Assembly: GCA_965645245.1 (NCBI GenBank)
Contig: OZ287081.1
Span: 186,001 to 250,000 of the forward strand
From: Massalongia carnosa
Lineage: Eukaryota
Reading direction: 5' to 3'
Length of the DNA: 64,000 nt
Shown: positions 1 to 12,851 of the stretch, piece after piece
Layout of the letters: every line of letters starts with the position of its first letter
Position numbering within the stretch: the first letter of the stretch is position 1
Program-made: the position numbers and the translations under genes
Notes under the pieces: model-generated
What the model saw: only the letters and a program-made list of their open reading frames with translations
Told to the model about the DNA's origin: nothing
The model's database searches: none

Positions 1-295
1 ATTGATTTGCTGAATTAAGGCCTCTTCCTGGGCCAAGGTAAGTCGTTGCTTGTATTTTGACGCGGCTGCCTTTTGGGACACCGTTTGGCCTTTCCAGCGC
101 CTCCGGAGGGTACTTTCGACTAGGCTAAACCTTTTAGCTGTCCCCCTGAGGTTAGGCTGATCTTGCTGATTCAGATCAGCAATTGCGAGCTCGATACGAG
201 CGTTGAGGGTGGATTTATTCATGTCTGAAAGTAATGGTTGGAAAGTGAGAAGATGCGGCATTTCGTCGGGTGCGGCATTTCCTCGGGAAATCTTC
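1..295 (-). mobile_element. pogo/Fot1-type DNA transposon, 5' end (runs off window)
   Basis: Open minus-strand frame from ATG at 222 (MNKSTLNARIELAIADL...AKRFSLVESTLRRRWKG...QRLTLAQEEALIQQIN) resembles the HTH/CENP-B N-terminus of Fot1-like transposases. The terminus has a repeated gaaatgccgca motif and a flanking TA at 296-297. Confidence 0.75.
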
Positions 296-461
296 TAGAG
301 TATACAATAACTCGATTATTGAGCTTGATTTATTGATCTAAGCTCTTGGTGATTGGAGAATGATTTACGTTTTAGATAGACACTTGAAATTGACACTTGG
401 AATTGAGGTGATGATTGCTCGCATTGAAAGGATTTTGCACCCATTCTCTCAGTTACTAGAA

Positions 462-935
462 TGTTGGGATTCGGTTAATAGATTACCGTATCCGAGCTAC
501 ATATCGCTTACTGCTTGACCACTAAACTGGCTGACATCGATTTTGTCAAGATCTCACCCTGTGGAAGGATGAACTGGGTGGTGTGCGTGGTCCACTACTG
601 CTAGGAGTGCAAGAGAACAAACAAACAAGAGAAGAACAGAACAATAGAATAAGAACAATAGCTAGACTGATCACTGTAAGCCTCGCGCCTCGTGCCTCAT
701 GCCTCGTGCCTGTGAACTGTATGTGTTGATGCTATGTGTTGTAGCTATTGCTACGAGCATGCTTGCTCCAAAAGGAAAAGAACTATCTATAACTAAGCTA
801 AAAGAAAGACTATCACCTGACTTCCCCGCTACCTTTACCGAGTATCAGCCGAAAAGAACCAACTCCCGAACCGCTAGCAATTTGAATTTAGAGTATCACC
901 GCTCCACCCCCCTACAACCCAAATACGAGATAACA
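462..935. mobile_element. Possible solo or degenerate LTR
   Basis: TGTT...AACA ends, about 470 bp, non-coding, loosely similar in composition to the LTR at 61337-61843. It truncates the pogo remnant that follows. No TSD found. Confidence 0.4.
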
Positions 936-2011
936 CATTCAAGAAATCCACTATTCAATCTGCCTTTGAAAAATCTGGAATGTGGCCAAATAATGATAAG
1001 AAATGCACTGAACAGCTAAAGAAGTTTGTACCTTCGCAAAGTGAGAATAATTCTTCTTCTTTTCCAACATTATCTCTCCCAACATTGCCACGAGTTCAAC
1101 CTAAAACGTTTGATTATATTGAAAGAGGATTACTTGAATGGCTACCCAAAATTCGCGATAATACACAATGGAGTGATCCAGTCCGGGAACAGGAGTTAGA
1201 GGAATTCGTGAGTAATACGAAGGAAGTTGTTGCCAAATCGACGCTTACGAAATTCGAACTGTCACTTCATCATGAGCAAAGAAGCAATGAATTACTACAG
1301 AGAGCAACTTCTCGCAAGCGATTAAGACCTAATTACTCGACAGACGGAGGATTAGGACTCACGAAGGAGGATGCGCAACGAGCAATTGTTGAAAGACAGC
1401 AAAAAGATGAGTAGATAGAAAAGAAACGAAGCACAACAACTTCATGAGAATATGGCGAATGAAAAGAGATAGTGTACACGCGGAAGGTGTTATCGCTCGA
1501 AAGAATGAAAAGATCAGAATAAAACATATTAAAGACCTCACAAAACAGGGAGTTAGCATATCCGATGAAATGTTGACTCCAATTGATGATCCTGAGGCCA
1601 TTTGGAAGGCGAGCGACATTACTTGGCAGAAGGAAGAGACCAAAAAAAAGACGAAGAAAGGAGTAAAAGATACTCATATATTCAATGATGAAGAGGGAGA
1701 GACAGAGACTACCTTTATCATGGATACTGTAGGTGATCAAAATCTACGATTTATAGGTGAAGGTGATTCTATTCGTCAACAAAAAGACTTCGTTGCCTTT
1801 GAAATGGAAGAGGAAGTAGGCGACGATGTCGACAACAGCGACGAGGATGATATTCAGGAGCAGTTGGGTTATTATTAGTATAACTACTATTATAACACTT
1901 TTCATGCTTGATCTTTGTAGAAAAAAAATCCCATCGTTATTTGATTGGTTTTTTGCGTGTAAAAGTTGAAAAGATGAACTTTGCTTTCCGCCGAACTTTG
2001 CTTTCCCCGAC
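936..2011 (+). mobile_element. pogo/Fot1-type transposon, 3' remnant (pseudogenised)
   Basis: FKKSTIQSAFEKSGMWP motif typical of the end of the pogo DDE_1 region, in-frame stop at about 1412, terminal repeated gaactttgctttcc motif followed by TA at 2012-2013. Confidence 0.65.
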
Positions 2012-2049
2012 TAGAGGCGAACGCCTCGAGTCGGCACGAGGTAAGCGAG

Positions 2050-5000
2050 AGACTAGCCGACGATTAAATCTGAGCGTCAAAGTTAATCTGAACGATTTGT
2101 CATATACCCTCTCTGAAAGAAGAACTCACCACTTCAATCGAGTATACGTGGTAACCAAGAACACGAGTTTCAGCGAAAGCGACTTTGTTTTTGGAAAAAA
2201 GAGCACCGAATCCCCAAGGCTCGGATTTGTCTTCACTGGTCAAGGAGCTCAATGGTCACAGATGGGCAAAGAACTTTGTGAGACATTTCCCGTTGCAACG
2301 CTGCTGTTCAAACATCTCGACGACGTACTTCAGAGCACACCGAATCCACCACCATGGTCGCTTTACAGTAAGTTATCCCTGCAACCACTGATTTAGTCCC
2401 GGCTAATCGTTGCAGATGAGCTTGTTGAGCCGCGAAACCCAGGGACACTTCGTGAACCCGAATTCTCCCAACCCTTAGTCACGGCGCTCCAACTTGCTAT
2501 TCTTGCCGTCCTTGAAGACTGGGATATCAAGCCGCAATCTGTTGTTGGCCATTCATCCGGTGAGATTGCTGCTGCTTGCGCTGCTGGCTATCTATCTCGG
2601 GAGGATGCTATCAAAGTTGCCTTTTACAGAGGCCAAGCTGCCAAGTACTGCCCTAATTCTGACAAGAGACCTGTGCGAATGCTTGCTGTTGGTCTTGGTT
2701 CGGCTGAAGTCTCAAAATACCTACAAGGTATGGAGGACATGGTTCAAATTGCTTGCTTCAACAGCCCGCAAAGTGTTACGCTTTCGGGGACCCTTGATGC
2801 GCTAGAACAAGTCAAGAAAAGCCTGGTAGAAGATCATCACCTTATCCGATTGCTGAAAGTAAATCTGGCATACCATTCGAAGTTCATGGCTGAAATCGGT
2901 GACTATTATGAGGAGTTGCTTCTGCAGGACTATGAGTCAAAGCCTTTCAAAAATGGACATCTCAAAATGTTCTCGTCAGTCACTGGTGAAGAACTGAACC
3001 AGCAGGCCGATGCCAGTTATTGGAAAGGTAATATGGTCTGTCCAGTTCGTTTTGATAATGCCGTTCAGAAGCTCGTCTCTGGGCGGGAAGTCGCAAAGTT
3101 TCTAATCGAGATCGGACCGAGCGGCGCCCTAGCGGGTCCCATTGGTCAAATCAAGAAAGCACTGTCCGGGAATGATGCCAAGATTCAGTATTTAAGCCTT
3201 TTCCAGAGGCCAAGACTCCGTCAATTCGCTTTTCAAAATGGCAGGTCAAATTTTCATCTCCGGGGGGACGGTCAACTTAAGAAAAGTGAATCTAGAGGGC
3301 GCAATTGCTGACGCTGCTTGTCCAAAAGTCATTATTGACCTCCCAAATTACACCTGGAATCATTCAACTCAGTACTGGTATGAGAATGAAGCTAGCAAGG
3401 ACTGGCGCAATAGACTTTTCCCTCATCATGACCTACTAGGGAGTAAGGTACTCGGCACCTCGTGGCATTCACCTTCATGGAGGAAAACACTACGTGTTGA
3501 AGACTTGCCTTGGCTCAAGGATCACAAGGTTTGTCTTTGTTCGTTTGCGGCCTCGAAAAAGAAATATTAATATGGCAGTAGATGGGTCCCGAAATCGTGT
3601 TTCCTGCCGCTGCATTCATGGCCATGGCAGTAGAAGCCATTACTCAACGAAACGAGGCTTTATGTCTTCTTGAAGAGAAGATAGGGCTCACACGGCCTTG
3701 CTATAAGCTCCGCGATCTTACTTTTCTAAAGGCTTTTGTGCTGGAGGAGGGTAAGGATCACCATATCATACTTACGCTGACCCCACACCCTGGCCCAAAA
3801 GATTTATGGTTTGATTACAATGTTCTTTCCTTCACTGAGGGCGTATGGAATGAACACAGTCGAGGTCTTGTTCGAATGGAGGAGGATAGTAATCTAAGTA
3901 AGTGTCTCGGCTTTTGAACAGTCCAAATGCACCGACTCTAACGTCATTAAAGTGGCACCAGAAGATGCTCTGAAACCTCTCAAATTTTCTACACCTGGTT
4001 CATTATGGTATAAAGCTATGCATGATGCTGGATACAATTTCGGGCCTATCTTTCAAAAGCAGCTTGAGGTTGAGTCTGTGGCTAGCCAACGACATAGTCG
4101 ATCAGTTGTATCACTTACTGAACCCAAATCAGCATATCCCAAGACACCGTACCCAGTTCACCCAGCATGTATCGACGGGTGCCTCCAGTCTTGCGCTCCA
4201 TCCCTTTGGAAAGGGGACAGAGCTGGTGTTAGTGACGTTTTAGTTCCAGCTATAATTGATGAGATTGTGATCACTACAAGAGGCCCGCGACCTGATACGG
4301 CTATCTCTATTACTAAATCAAAATTCAATGGCTTGGGCCGTCAAGAAGAAACCAAGAATTACGTTTCAGATGCATCTGTTTATAACCAAACGACGGGCGA
4401 CTTATTATTCCAATTATCAGGACTTCGTTATCACAAGCTCGATACTCTTGAGAATCCTCATGCCGCGCATGATTATAGTTGCGTTATCTGGAAGCCAGAT
4501 ATTACTTGGCTTTCCCAAGATGCGTTTTTGAATATTCTCTCTAAATACACGGGTAATGCCTTTGATAGTGAAGATCTTGCTTGGAGCACGGTGCACGAGA
4601 TCACTGATCTTATAGCGCACAAGAAACCTAAGGTAAAAGTCATGGAAGTTGTCAACATGGCTTCTGGGGACTCGACCAGCGTATGGCTAGATCGAAGTCA
4701 TTCGGATAAGTCATTTCGGGCAGCTAGCCGGGCGTTCCATTTCGTGTCAAATGACGCCAAAGCACTGATAAATGTCCAAAAGATTTATTCGGTACATGGC
4801 AACAGCGAGTTTGGTCTACTCGATATCACTAGGCCTGTAGATGAATTTCATCTCACTGAAACAGATTTTGATCTTATTGTTGTCAGAATTCCAAGCAAAT
4901 CTGTAACAGTCGTCTCAACCGTCCTTCAGAATGTCCGAAACCTTCTATGCGATGGTGGCCATGTCTTGCTTTTAGAGCTATCATCCCATCCGAAAATTCT

Positions 5001-7498
5001 TCAGGTGATGAGTTTGTTGTTGTGGATAAAAAACGTGATGACGATAGAGTTGACTTGACCAGTATCTTCCGTCCGAGCGGGTTCGATGATACACGCCATA
5101 TTTATTTCGAGCAATCAAGTACCCTGAGATCGGCATACCTATCTGTAGTGAATTTCAAAGACATGGATACTACGTTTTCTCTCCGTCATATAAGCCTGGT
5201 AAACTTGACAAAGTCTTCAGCTACTACAAAGATAAGAAAGGAGTTAGAGCAGCTTGGCTGGCAGGTATCTGAGCACTTCTCTCCATTCGAAAAAGTCGAA
5301 ACAAAGAGTACTGTCTTGGTTCTGGACGATCTATTTTCTCCAGTTCTCCCAAGCATAAGTGAGGATCAGTGGGAATCATTAAAAACACTAATCAGCATTG
5401 GCAGCAGGATCCTCTGGGTTACAGAGGGCTCTCAAATGGATGTCAGCGACCCGACCCAAGCAAGGCAATGATTCATAGGCTTGCAAGAACCATTCGTGCA
5501 GAAGATCCGAGTGTAAGCTTGAAAACTTTGGATGTCCAGAGCACTCAGGGCAATAAATTCCTTGCTTAAGTCACTTGGTCGCCCGGCTCTCAAAAGTCAT
5601 ATTGAGAATGAATTCGTTGAGAGAGACGGTGTTTTGCAAGTTAGCCGAGTTCAGCCTGATCGCCTCATCAATAACGCCGAAAGGGAGGACGTTCATGGTG
5701 CTGACATTTTAGTCAGGTCCTTGCATCAGGCAGAGAATTGTGTTCGACTAAGGTGCGATCGCCTAGGGACAATTGATTCGCTTTGCTATACAGAGGTTGC
5801 TGCTTCGGAACACCCAGTTGATGATAATAGTGTTGAGGTCGAGCTTGCTGCTGTAGGCTTGAATTTTAAGGATGTGGTAATTATAATGGGTATTGTACCC
5901 GAAAATCATTATCTTCTAGGACTTGAAGGTGCCGGATTGGTTCGTAGGGTTGGCAAATCGACAAAGAACTACAAAGCGGGCCAACGAATCCTTATCTTTA
6001 AGAAAGGGACTTTTGCAAACAGAGCCATAGCTACAACCCAACGTGTGCACCACATACCAGATACCATGTCATTCGAAGAAGCATCAACACTAGCCGGCGT
6101 TTATCTTACAGCAATATATAGTATCTTCGAACTCGCAAAAACGAAGAAGGAGATCGTGTGCTTATTCATTCTGCTTTTGGAGGGCTTGGCATAGCTTCCA
6201 TTCAATTATGTCAATACTTAGGGGCAGAGATATTCGCGACTGTTAGCAACGACGAGAAGCGCACATTCCTCATTGAAAACTTCGGGATTCCGTCATCTAA
6301 TATCTTTAACTCACGATCGACCGCCTTTGCTTCTGAACTGATGCAAGTCACTAATGGTTCTGGCGTTAATGTAATATTGAACTCCCTAACCGGGGATCTT
6401 CTAGATGCGTCTTGGCGTTGTATCGCTCCTGGTGGAACTATGGTTGAGCTTGGTAAGAAAGATATGCTCGATCGAAACACATTAGCTATGGAACCATTTG
6501 GACGTAACGCATCTTATCGATGTTTCGACATGTCCCATGAGCAAGTTACAGATACCGTGATCGGCAGGCTTATGACACAGATGTTTGATTTACTCCAAAA
6601 GAGACACATCAAGCCTATATATCCCATCAAGACCTTTACGTTTGACGATATTACTTCCGCTTTCCGCTATATGCGGAGTGCGAATCATATTGGCAAGATT
6701 GTGATATCTAACGGCAACGACAGTGATATCGAGGTTCCGGTAAGCTTATTATCCACTGATTATATAACAAAGATTGAACTGAAATACTTAGATTCGAGCT
6801 GCACCACGGACACTAAATCTGAAGAGCGACAAGTCCACTCTTGTCATTGGTGGGCTCAGGGGGTTGTGTGGAAATCTAACCATTTATCTTGCCCGACTTG
6901 GTATTAAACACCTCGTTGTCTTGCCGCGAAGTGGCTACGCCGACGAGAAGTCTCAAGGAGTACTGAAGAATATTTATGCAAAAGGTTGCCAGGTTGTGCT
7001 CATAAAGGGAGATGTCTCCGTTGCGAATGACGTGCGGCGATGTTTTAAACAAGCAACTTTTCCTATTGGAGGAATTATTCAAGGAGCTAAGGTTCTAAGG
7101 GTAAGTGGTCAGATTTGTATACATAAACTTACGGCTTGACTAATAGTTTCAGGATAAAATTTTTACTTCCATGACCATTACGGACTATCACGAAACAATC
7201 AAATCTAAGATACAGGGGACCTGGAATCTCCATAATATATCTCAGGAAGAGAAGCTTAACCTAGACTTCTTCACTATGCTCTCCAGTATCTCTGGTGTTG
7301 TGGGTCAAAAAGGCCAGGCAAATTATGCAGCAGCCAACGTTTTCCTTGACTCTTTTGCCGTCTACCGACGGAAGTTGGGTCTGAAAGCATGCTCTGTGGA
7401 TTTAGGCGCAGTTGAAGACGTGGGCTATATCAGCGAGCACAAAGATTTAATGGTCGCCTGGGATTCGGCGGCTTGGACCCCTATCAATGAAAACCTCT
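2050..7498 (+). pseudogene. Highly reducing type I polyketide synthase fragment (AT-DH-MT-like-ER-KR; KS and ACP absent)
   Basis: AT motifs [10 protein letters not shown] and GHSSGEIAAA; DH motifs HDLLG, WLKDH..FPAA and HPACIDGCLQ; ER motif LIHSAFGGLG; KR motif GQANYAAAN. Introns present, several frameshifts (about 3200, 4990, 5455, 5545, 6150). Cut by TEs at both ends. Confidence 0.92.
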
Positions 7499-10400
7499 CG
7501 AGAAGACTCGGGACAGTCCCCTCCCACCGTCCCCCTAGCGAAAATCACTCCAAATTAGGACTAGCTACAAGCCACCTCCCCATACTAAATAATTAGGTAC
7601 ATATACTTCGTTCACCGTCTCTATTAATAATATTATAGGTATAGGCAGCCAACCCTCTATGTAAATTTATCACTATGATAGGTAGACCGCACTTCTTCTC
7701 TCCCTTATCTTTTTCTTTGCTATGGCCCTCACATCAACGTCCCTGGATGCACGATTGCAAAGGGCTATAGCGAGTTTACCATCGTCTCATCGTCTTCCTC
7801 CGAGTGAGAGTGAAATATTTATCTCCTGGGAGGAGGGAAAAACCCGCCTTCAGAATTATGCCTTTACTCAAGGCTTTGCATTGGTCACAGAGACTAATGA
7901 TAAGAAGAATCATCTCGTTATACTAGATTGCACCCGTCATCACAAAAGAGAAAGAAACACTAGAAAGCTAGAGGAGAAGGACCGCGTACGAAAAAACACG
8001 AAGGTCTCGTTCAACGAGTGCAAATATCGACTAAGACTGAAGCAAGATAAAGACGAATCGTGGAGATTAATCATCACCAATCCTGATCACAATCACGAGA
8101 TGGCTACAGACCCCTTCGGTTTCAAAGAGCATCGTAGCCAAGACCTCGATCGAGCAACTGCTCTAGATAAAGCAAAAAGTCTCCGTGATGCATCAACTAG
8201 ATACGGTCAAGCATCTCGCGTTTTGGGAATGACTGGCCTGCGCCTTTCGAAGAAGGACTATTACAACCTGGCTCGATCCTAGGGCAAACATACACCTGAA
8301 GAAGAGTTGACCTATGCACTTGGATTTCTAGAAGAAGAAGGGTTTCATGTACGGACTTTGGAGAAATATCTCGTTGAAAAAAATACTCCCCGAAGACGTG
8401 TTGTTGAACATTTCTTTTTCCGTAACGCTGATCAGATCCGACTGACTAGACGATTCGTCAGTGGATTTTTAATAGAAACGGATGCTACGTTCAATACAAA
8501 TCAGTTGAACTTACCTCTATCGGTGTTGGTTGGCATCACCAACACAAATCAGACTTTCCCCGCGGCCTATTGTTATATAACTTCCGAATCGGCTGAGTGC
8601 TTTACGTTTCTATTTGATTGTATGAAAGATCTCTTTTTTCATGATACATGTCCTGGTCCTAGGGTCATCCTCGGAGACTTCGCCGCTGGATTGACTGCAG
8701 CGATGCATAAAAAACGGGCTAAGGAAATAAACCCGGATGCAGCAATGACCGTTGCATGGCAAGTCGCCCAATCAATACACGAAACCGACCCTGATTGTGT
8801 GTTGCAATTATGCACGTGGCACGCAGCGGAGGCAATCAAGAAACCCTGATCAGGGCGGGTTCATATCCTTTAGAATTACGGAAAGAGCTGCATGAATTGA
8901 TATAGGAGTGGATCAAAACTCCTACCGTTGAACAGCTGGATGAGAAGAAAAACGCGTTGATATTGAAGCTTCATGCTTCAGAAAAGGTATGAAGCCATCA
9001 AAAAACGTTAATTAGGGCTAACTCACTCCTATTTCCAGGAGTATTTTACTAGCTATTATCAACGTCAGGAGTGTCAGTTTTTTTCCGCATACACCAGAAA
9101 GTTCCCTAATTTCGGTGCACATAGCACACAAAGGGTGGAAGATTTGCATCCGTTGGTAAAGAATGTGACAAATAGGCATACACCTATTGAGGACTCAGTG
9201 CGGAAAATATGCGAAACAGTGCAAAGGGTTCAGGTTGACTACGAAATATCAACCAATTATCAACGAATCAACAACCCCCGGCTAATGGATAGAAGTGCGT
9301 TTAAAGACATTATAGGTTTAATAACTTATCATGCTATTGACCTCATATCTAGAGAGTTGGATGCAGCTAAACTTTTAGCCGAAGATTTCAATCAACAGGT
9401 TTCTTTGGAGTTGAAGGGACTGCATTAATCGAACCAACCGGTGAGGATTGTATGTATGATTGTGATTTGCCTCCACGATACGGTCTTCCGTCAGATGCTG
9501 GTTGTATCGTTGCGTCATTGATGTTATCCCCATACCTATCTCCCTCATTCATCCCCGCTGGTTTTTCGATGGCCCGCCTTTTGTGGTCTCGTGGAGAATG
9601 GTTTTCGACCCCACCATAAATTTCGCTGAGATGTGTCGGAGAGCAGCTCACAGGAAGAACACAGAAGAGCAGGATGAGGAGGCGGATGAGGGGGGGAATG
9701 CTCAACAAAGACAAGAATCTGAGCTGGAAGAGGAGATCGCGAAGGCAGTTGAAAATAATACTGGGGATAGATTTCGTCGCGGGGGTGTTGATTTGCTGCA
9801 TGCGGCCGCACATCAATCAATTGATTTTCATAAATCAATAGAAAATGTGCATAGAAGGGAGGGATACGCTCGTGAATTCGCCAAATTCACTGCTATTTTC
9901 AATAAAAAATGGCAGGATAAGGAGCTGGCGAGGCCACTTATCCCTACAACATTCCCCGACGAAATTCGACCGAAGGACAACCTCATGTATAAAAAGAGTG
10001 GGAGTCGCCGGCGGGCTTACACTGGCCGTGAGGCAGCTGAGGCAGATGAAGCTAAGCAGCGATGTGCTAAACGTAAGGACTCGATTGAAGAAGGGAGGAG
10101 AAGAAGGCATGAGGATGAATTGCGGGCAGGCAGTGAAGACAAGGGTATGATTATGATAAAAAACCCACGATATCAGCAAATCGATCGATGTAGCGCGGCT
10201 AATATTAGGTATAGATTCCGGAGATGCTATCATCGTATCTGACGACGATGACCTGCAATATATAGCAACTCAGCCTACCCCCGATCCTCCACTCTCTCTG
10301 AATGAGAACGATGATTTTATCCCTCCATCCCCGGCATCTTCTTCCGATTCATTTGAAGATATTGATGAAGTGCTGGCGAAACATAGCCAAAAGGCTCTTT

Positions 10401-10898
10401 CCCAAACGGTTCCCTCTCCAAAAGCTCCTTCCCTTTATAGCCTCAGTCAAAAAAATATCCGCGCTAGCCAGCTACCATCCACATCGTCTGCAACAACAAC
10501 ACGAGGGTCACAGGGTGGGGTAGCCAAAAAACCGAAGGCTCAGTTGGAGTTGGAGTCTCAGCAGAGGGCCGACCAAGCGGCCAAACAAGCAAGGGCTGAG
10601 GAGAGGAAAACGCAGCTGCAAGAAAGGTTGCTAAGACTATGAAGCCTAGAAAGGATAATGTTTCGCAATTGAGTGATGCATTTTCAGAATTGAGATCATC
10701 GCAATGAGTGGTAGGAGTAGTAGTAATAGTAGTAGTATGAATAGATGAGGATTTTTCAGAATGCGGGGCTAAGCTAAATCAGCTAGAGGAAGCTTGCGGA
10801 GAGACGGTGGACGTGCACATATGTATTTAGTATGGGGAGGTGGCTTGTAGCTAGTCCTAATTTGCGGGACGCTGGGGGACTGTCCCCGAGTCTTCTCG
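7499..10898 (+). mobile_element. MULE-like DNA transposon A, near full length, decayed transposase at 7722-10642
   Basis: TIRs cgagaagactcgggacagtcccc...aaattaggactagctacaagccacctccccatactaaata with an inverted copy at 10823-10898. FAR1-like C/H motif, MULE DDE motifs (IETDATFNTN, ILGDFAAGL, LQLCTWH) and a SWIM-like segment. Stop at 8280 and frameshifts. Confidence 0.88.
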
Positions 10899-11029
10899 CA
10901 CATGAACTAGCCAGAAATAATACCGCTTGTTGATAATCGAAAGTAGCGTACTCGTCAGAAGGAGAAGTGGATGATTATTTGATTATTTGTGCCTTCACTT
11001 TCTTCTTTCATAGTATTCTCTGGCTCACA

Positions 11030-12851
11030 ATGCCGGTGGAACTTATCATCGGAGGCATAGGTCTTGCGAGCCTGCTCTCTCTGTTCCAGACCTGCAATAG
11101 AGCGTATGATGTTTTTATCCGATCTGCAAATGACATCTGCAAAGACGCACATCTACTAGGTGTGCATCTTGAAGTTGAGAGACGGAGGCTGTAGCTCTGG
11201 GGCAGATATCTTGGGATTTCTCAGGCGCAGGGGTGCCAATTGCTATTGAGAGAATCGTACGAGACGCAGAAATTCGTTGTTGCGCGTTTCGACGCTATCA
11301 AATTGTTATTGGACGACATCGACCTAATCATGATTCGGTATGGGGTCAGAATTTGCGAGGCTGGTCAGGATTCAAGCCCAGATCCAATGATTGAGCTTCA
11401 GGATCTGAATCTGGACGATATACGCAGCTGTGCCGCGGTGAATATTGCGGAAGTCAAACGGACGACGATGGAACGTTCGATCGTAGTCTCAACATCGCGG
11501 CTAGGAAAGCTCCGTTGGGCACTGAGCGACAGCGTCAAGCTTAGGAGACTTGTTGATGACTTGCGACTGTTGAATGAGAGCCTGTGGATTGCGTTGCCCG
11601 CAAACATGTTGGATTGCGCTGGCAAAGGGTTTACCATCTGTGGTGCTTCCGGGGATTTTGGATCAGGCAACGCTGTCAGAAGTGAAGAACAACGCGAAAC
11701 GGAGCAAAACAACGGAGTTGCTCGCTTCATGCGCAGATCTGAGGCGAGCTGCCTTAACCGCAGTGATGAACGAGTCGAGTCCATCCTTTGCAAATGAACT
11801 CCTGCTATCGTCAACCAGTGTGACGGATTTGGTGAGTTTCAAGTCTGGAGATACCAAGAAAGCCGGCCAGAATAGATTCATTGCCTCAGTCGCAAGGGCG
11901 GATGGAAGCAATGAACCCGTGATTCTGGAATGGAGATATGTGGACCGATCATTAAATTTCAATGACATGGAAACTATACGATCGCGCATCAAGACGCTTG
12001 CTGTGGTACTTAGCTCGGAGAGATCAGCCGATTTCGGGCTTCTCAGATGCATTGGTCACTTCAAAGACACGAAGTATCTTGCAGAAAAGTCTATTGAGAG
12101 ATACGGTCTTCTGTTTAGGCCTCTAGCTATGTCAAGACTACCCCAACCATCAAACGCTGCATTGCTAACATCAATATCGTCTCGCCCTTACTCTCTCCAT
12201 GAGTACATAAATGGCACAACGACGCCTCCGTTCCTGGGTGATCGGTTCCAGATTGCTACGGCTCTCTGTAATATCATTCTTCAGCTTCATGCGTCTGATT
12301 GGCTTCACAAAGCAGTCAGTTCATCAAATGTTCTTTTCAGCCTGTCACCGACTTATTCATCATCCTCAGACCTCGATCCATCCCACCCATTCCTGCTAGG
12401 TTTCGACTTCTCGCGTCCTGACCGCCCTACCACACCCTCGCTGGAGAATCCTTTGGACCGAAGCAGCAACGATTACCGCCACCCGTCCTTGTGGCTGTCT
12501 GATACTTCTCCGACCTCGCCGCGATTCCGCAAACAGTACAACATCTATGCGCTCGGAGTTGTGCTTCTCGAGATTGGTAACTGGAGTTTGATTGGGGCCC
12601 AGCCAGATAAATACAGGGACTCAAGAAAGCCACAAGTCTGGCAAAACCGCTTACTCTTGTGTGCAGAAAGCCTTGGGTCCAGATGTGGCAAAATATATCA
12701 AGAAGTGGTCGAGACTTGTTTGATGGGTCGAGTCGTTGAACACGACTCGGTAGGGCAGAGTACTCGTATGAGTGAGTTTGAGGCAGAAGACTTCCCCCAA
12801 GCTTCTTTTCTTTTTGACGTTGTGTACAAGCTTGGTAGATGTTTTGCTTGA
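11030..12851 (+). pseudogene. HeLo-domain + pseudokinase protein (MLKL-like architecture), copy 1
   Basis: Hydrophobic N-terminal helix MPVELIIGGIGLASLLSLFQTC, LEVERRRL.LWG and KLRWALSD..KLRRLVDDL..LNESL fit HeLo. The kinase fold has LHKAVSSSNVL and LGFDFSR. TAG at 11192 and a +1 frameshift at about 11609 relative to copy 2. Confidence 0.88.
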
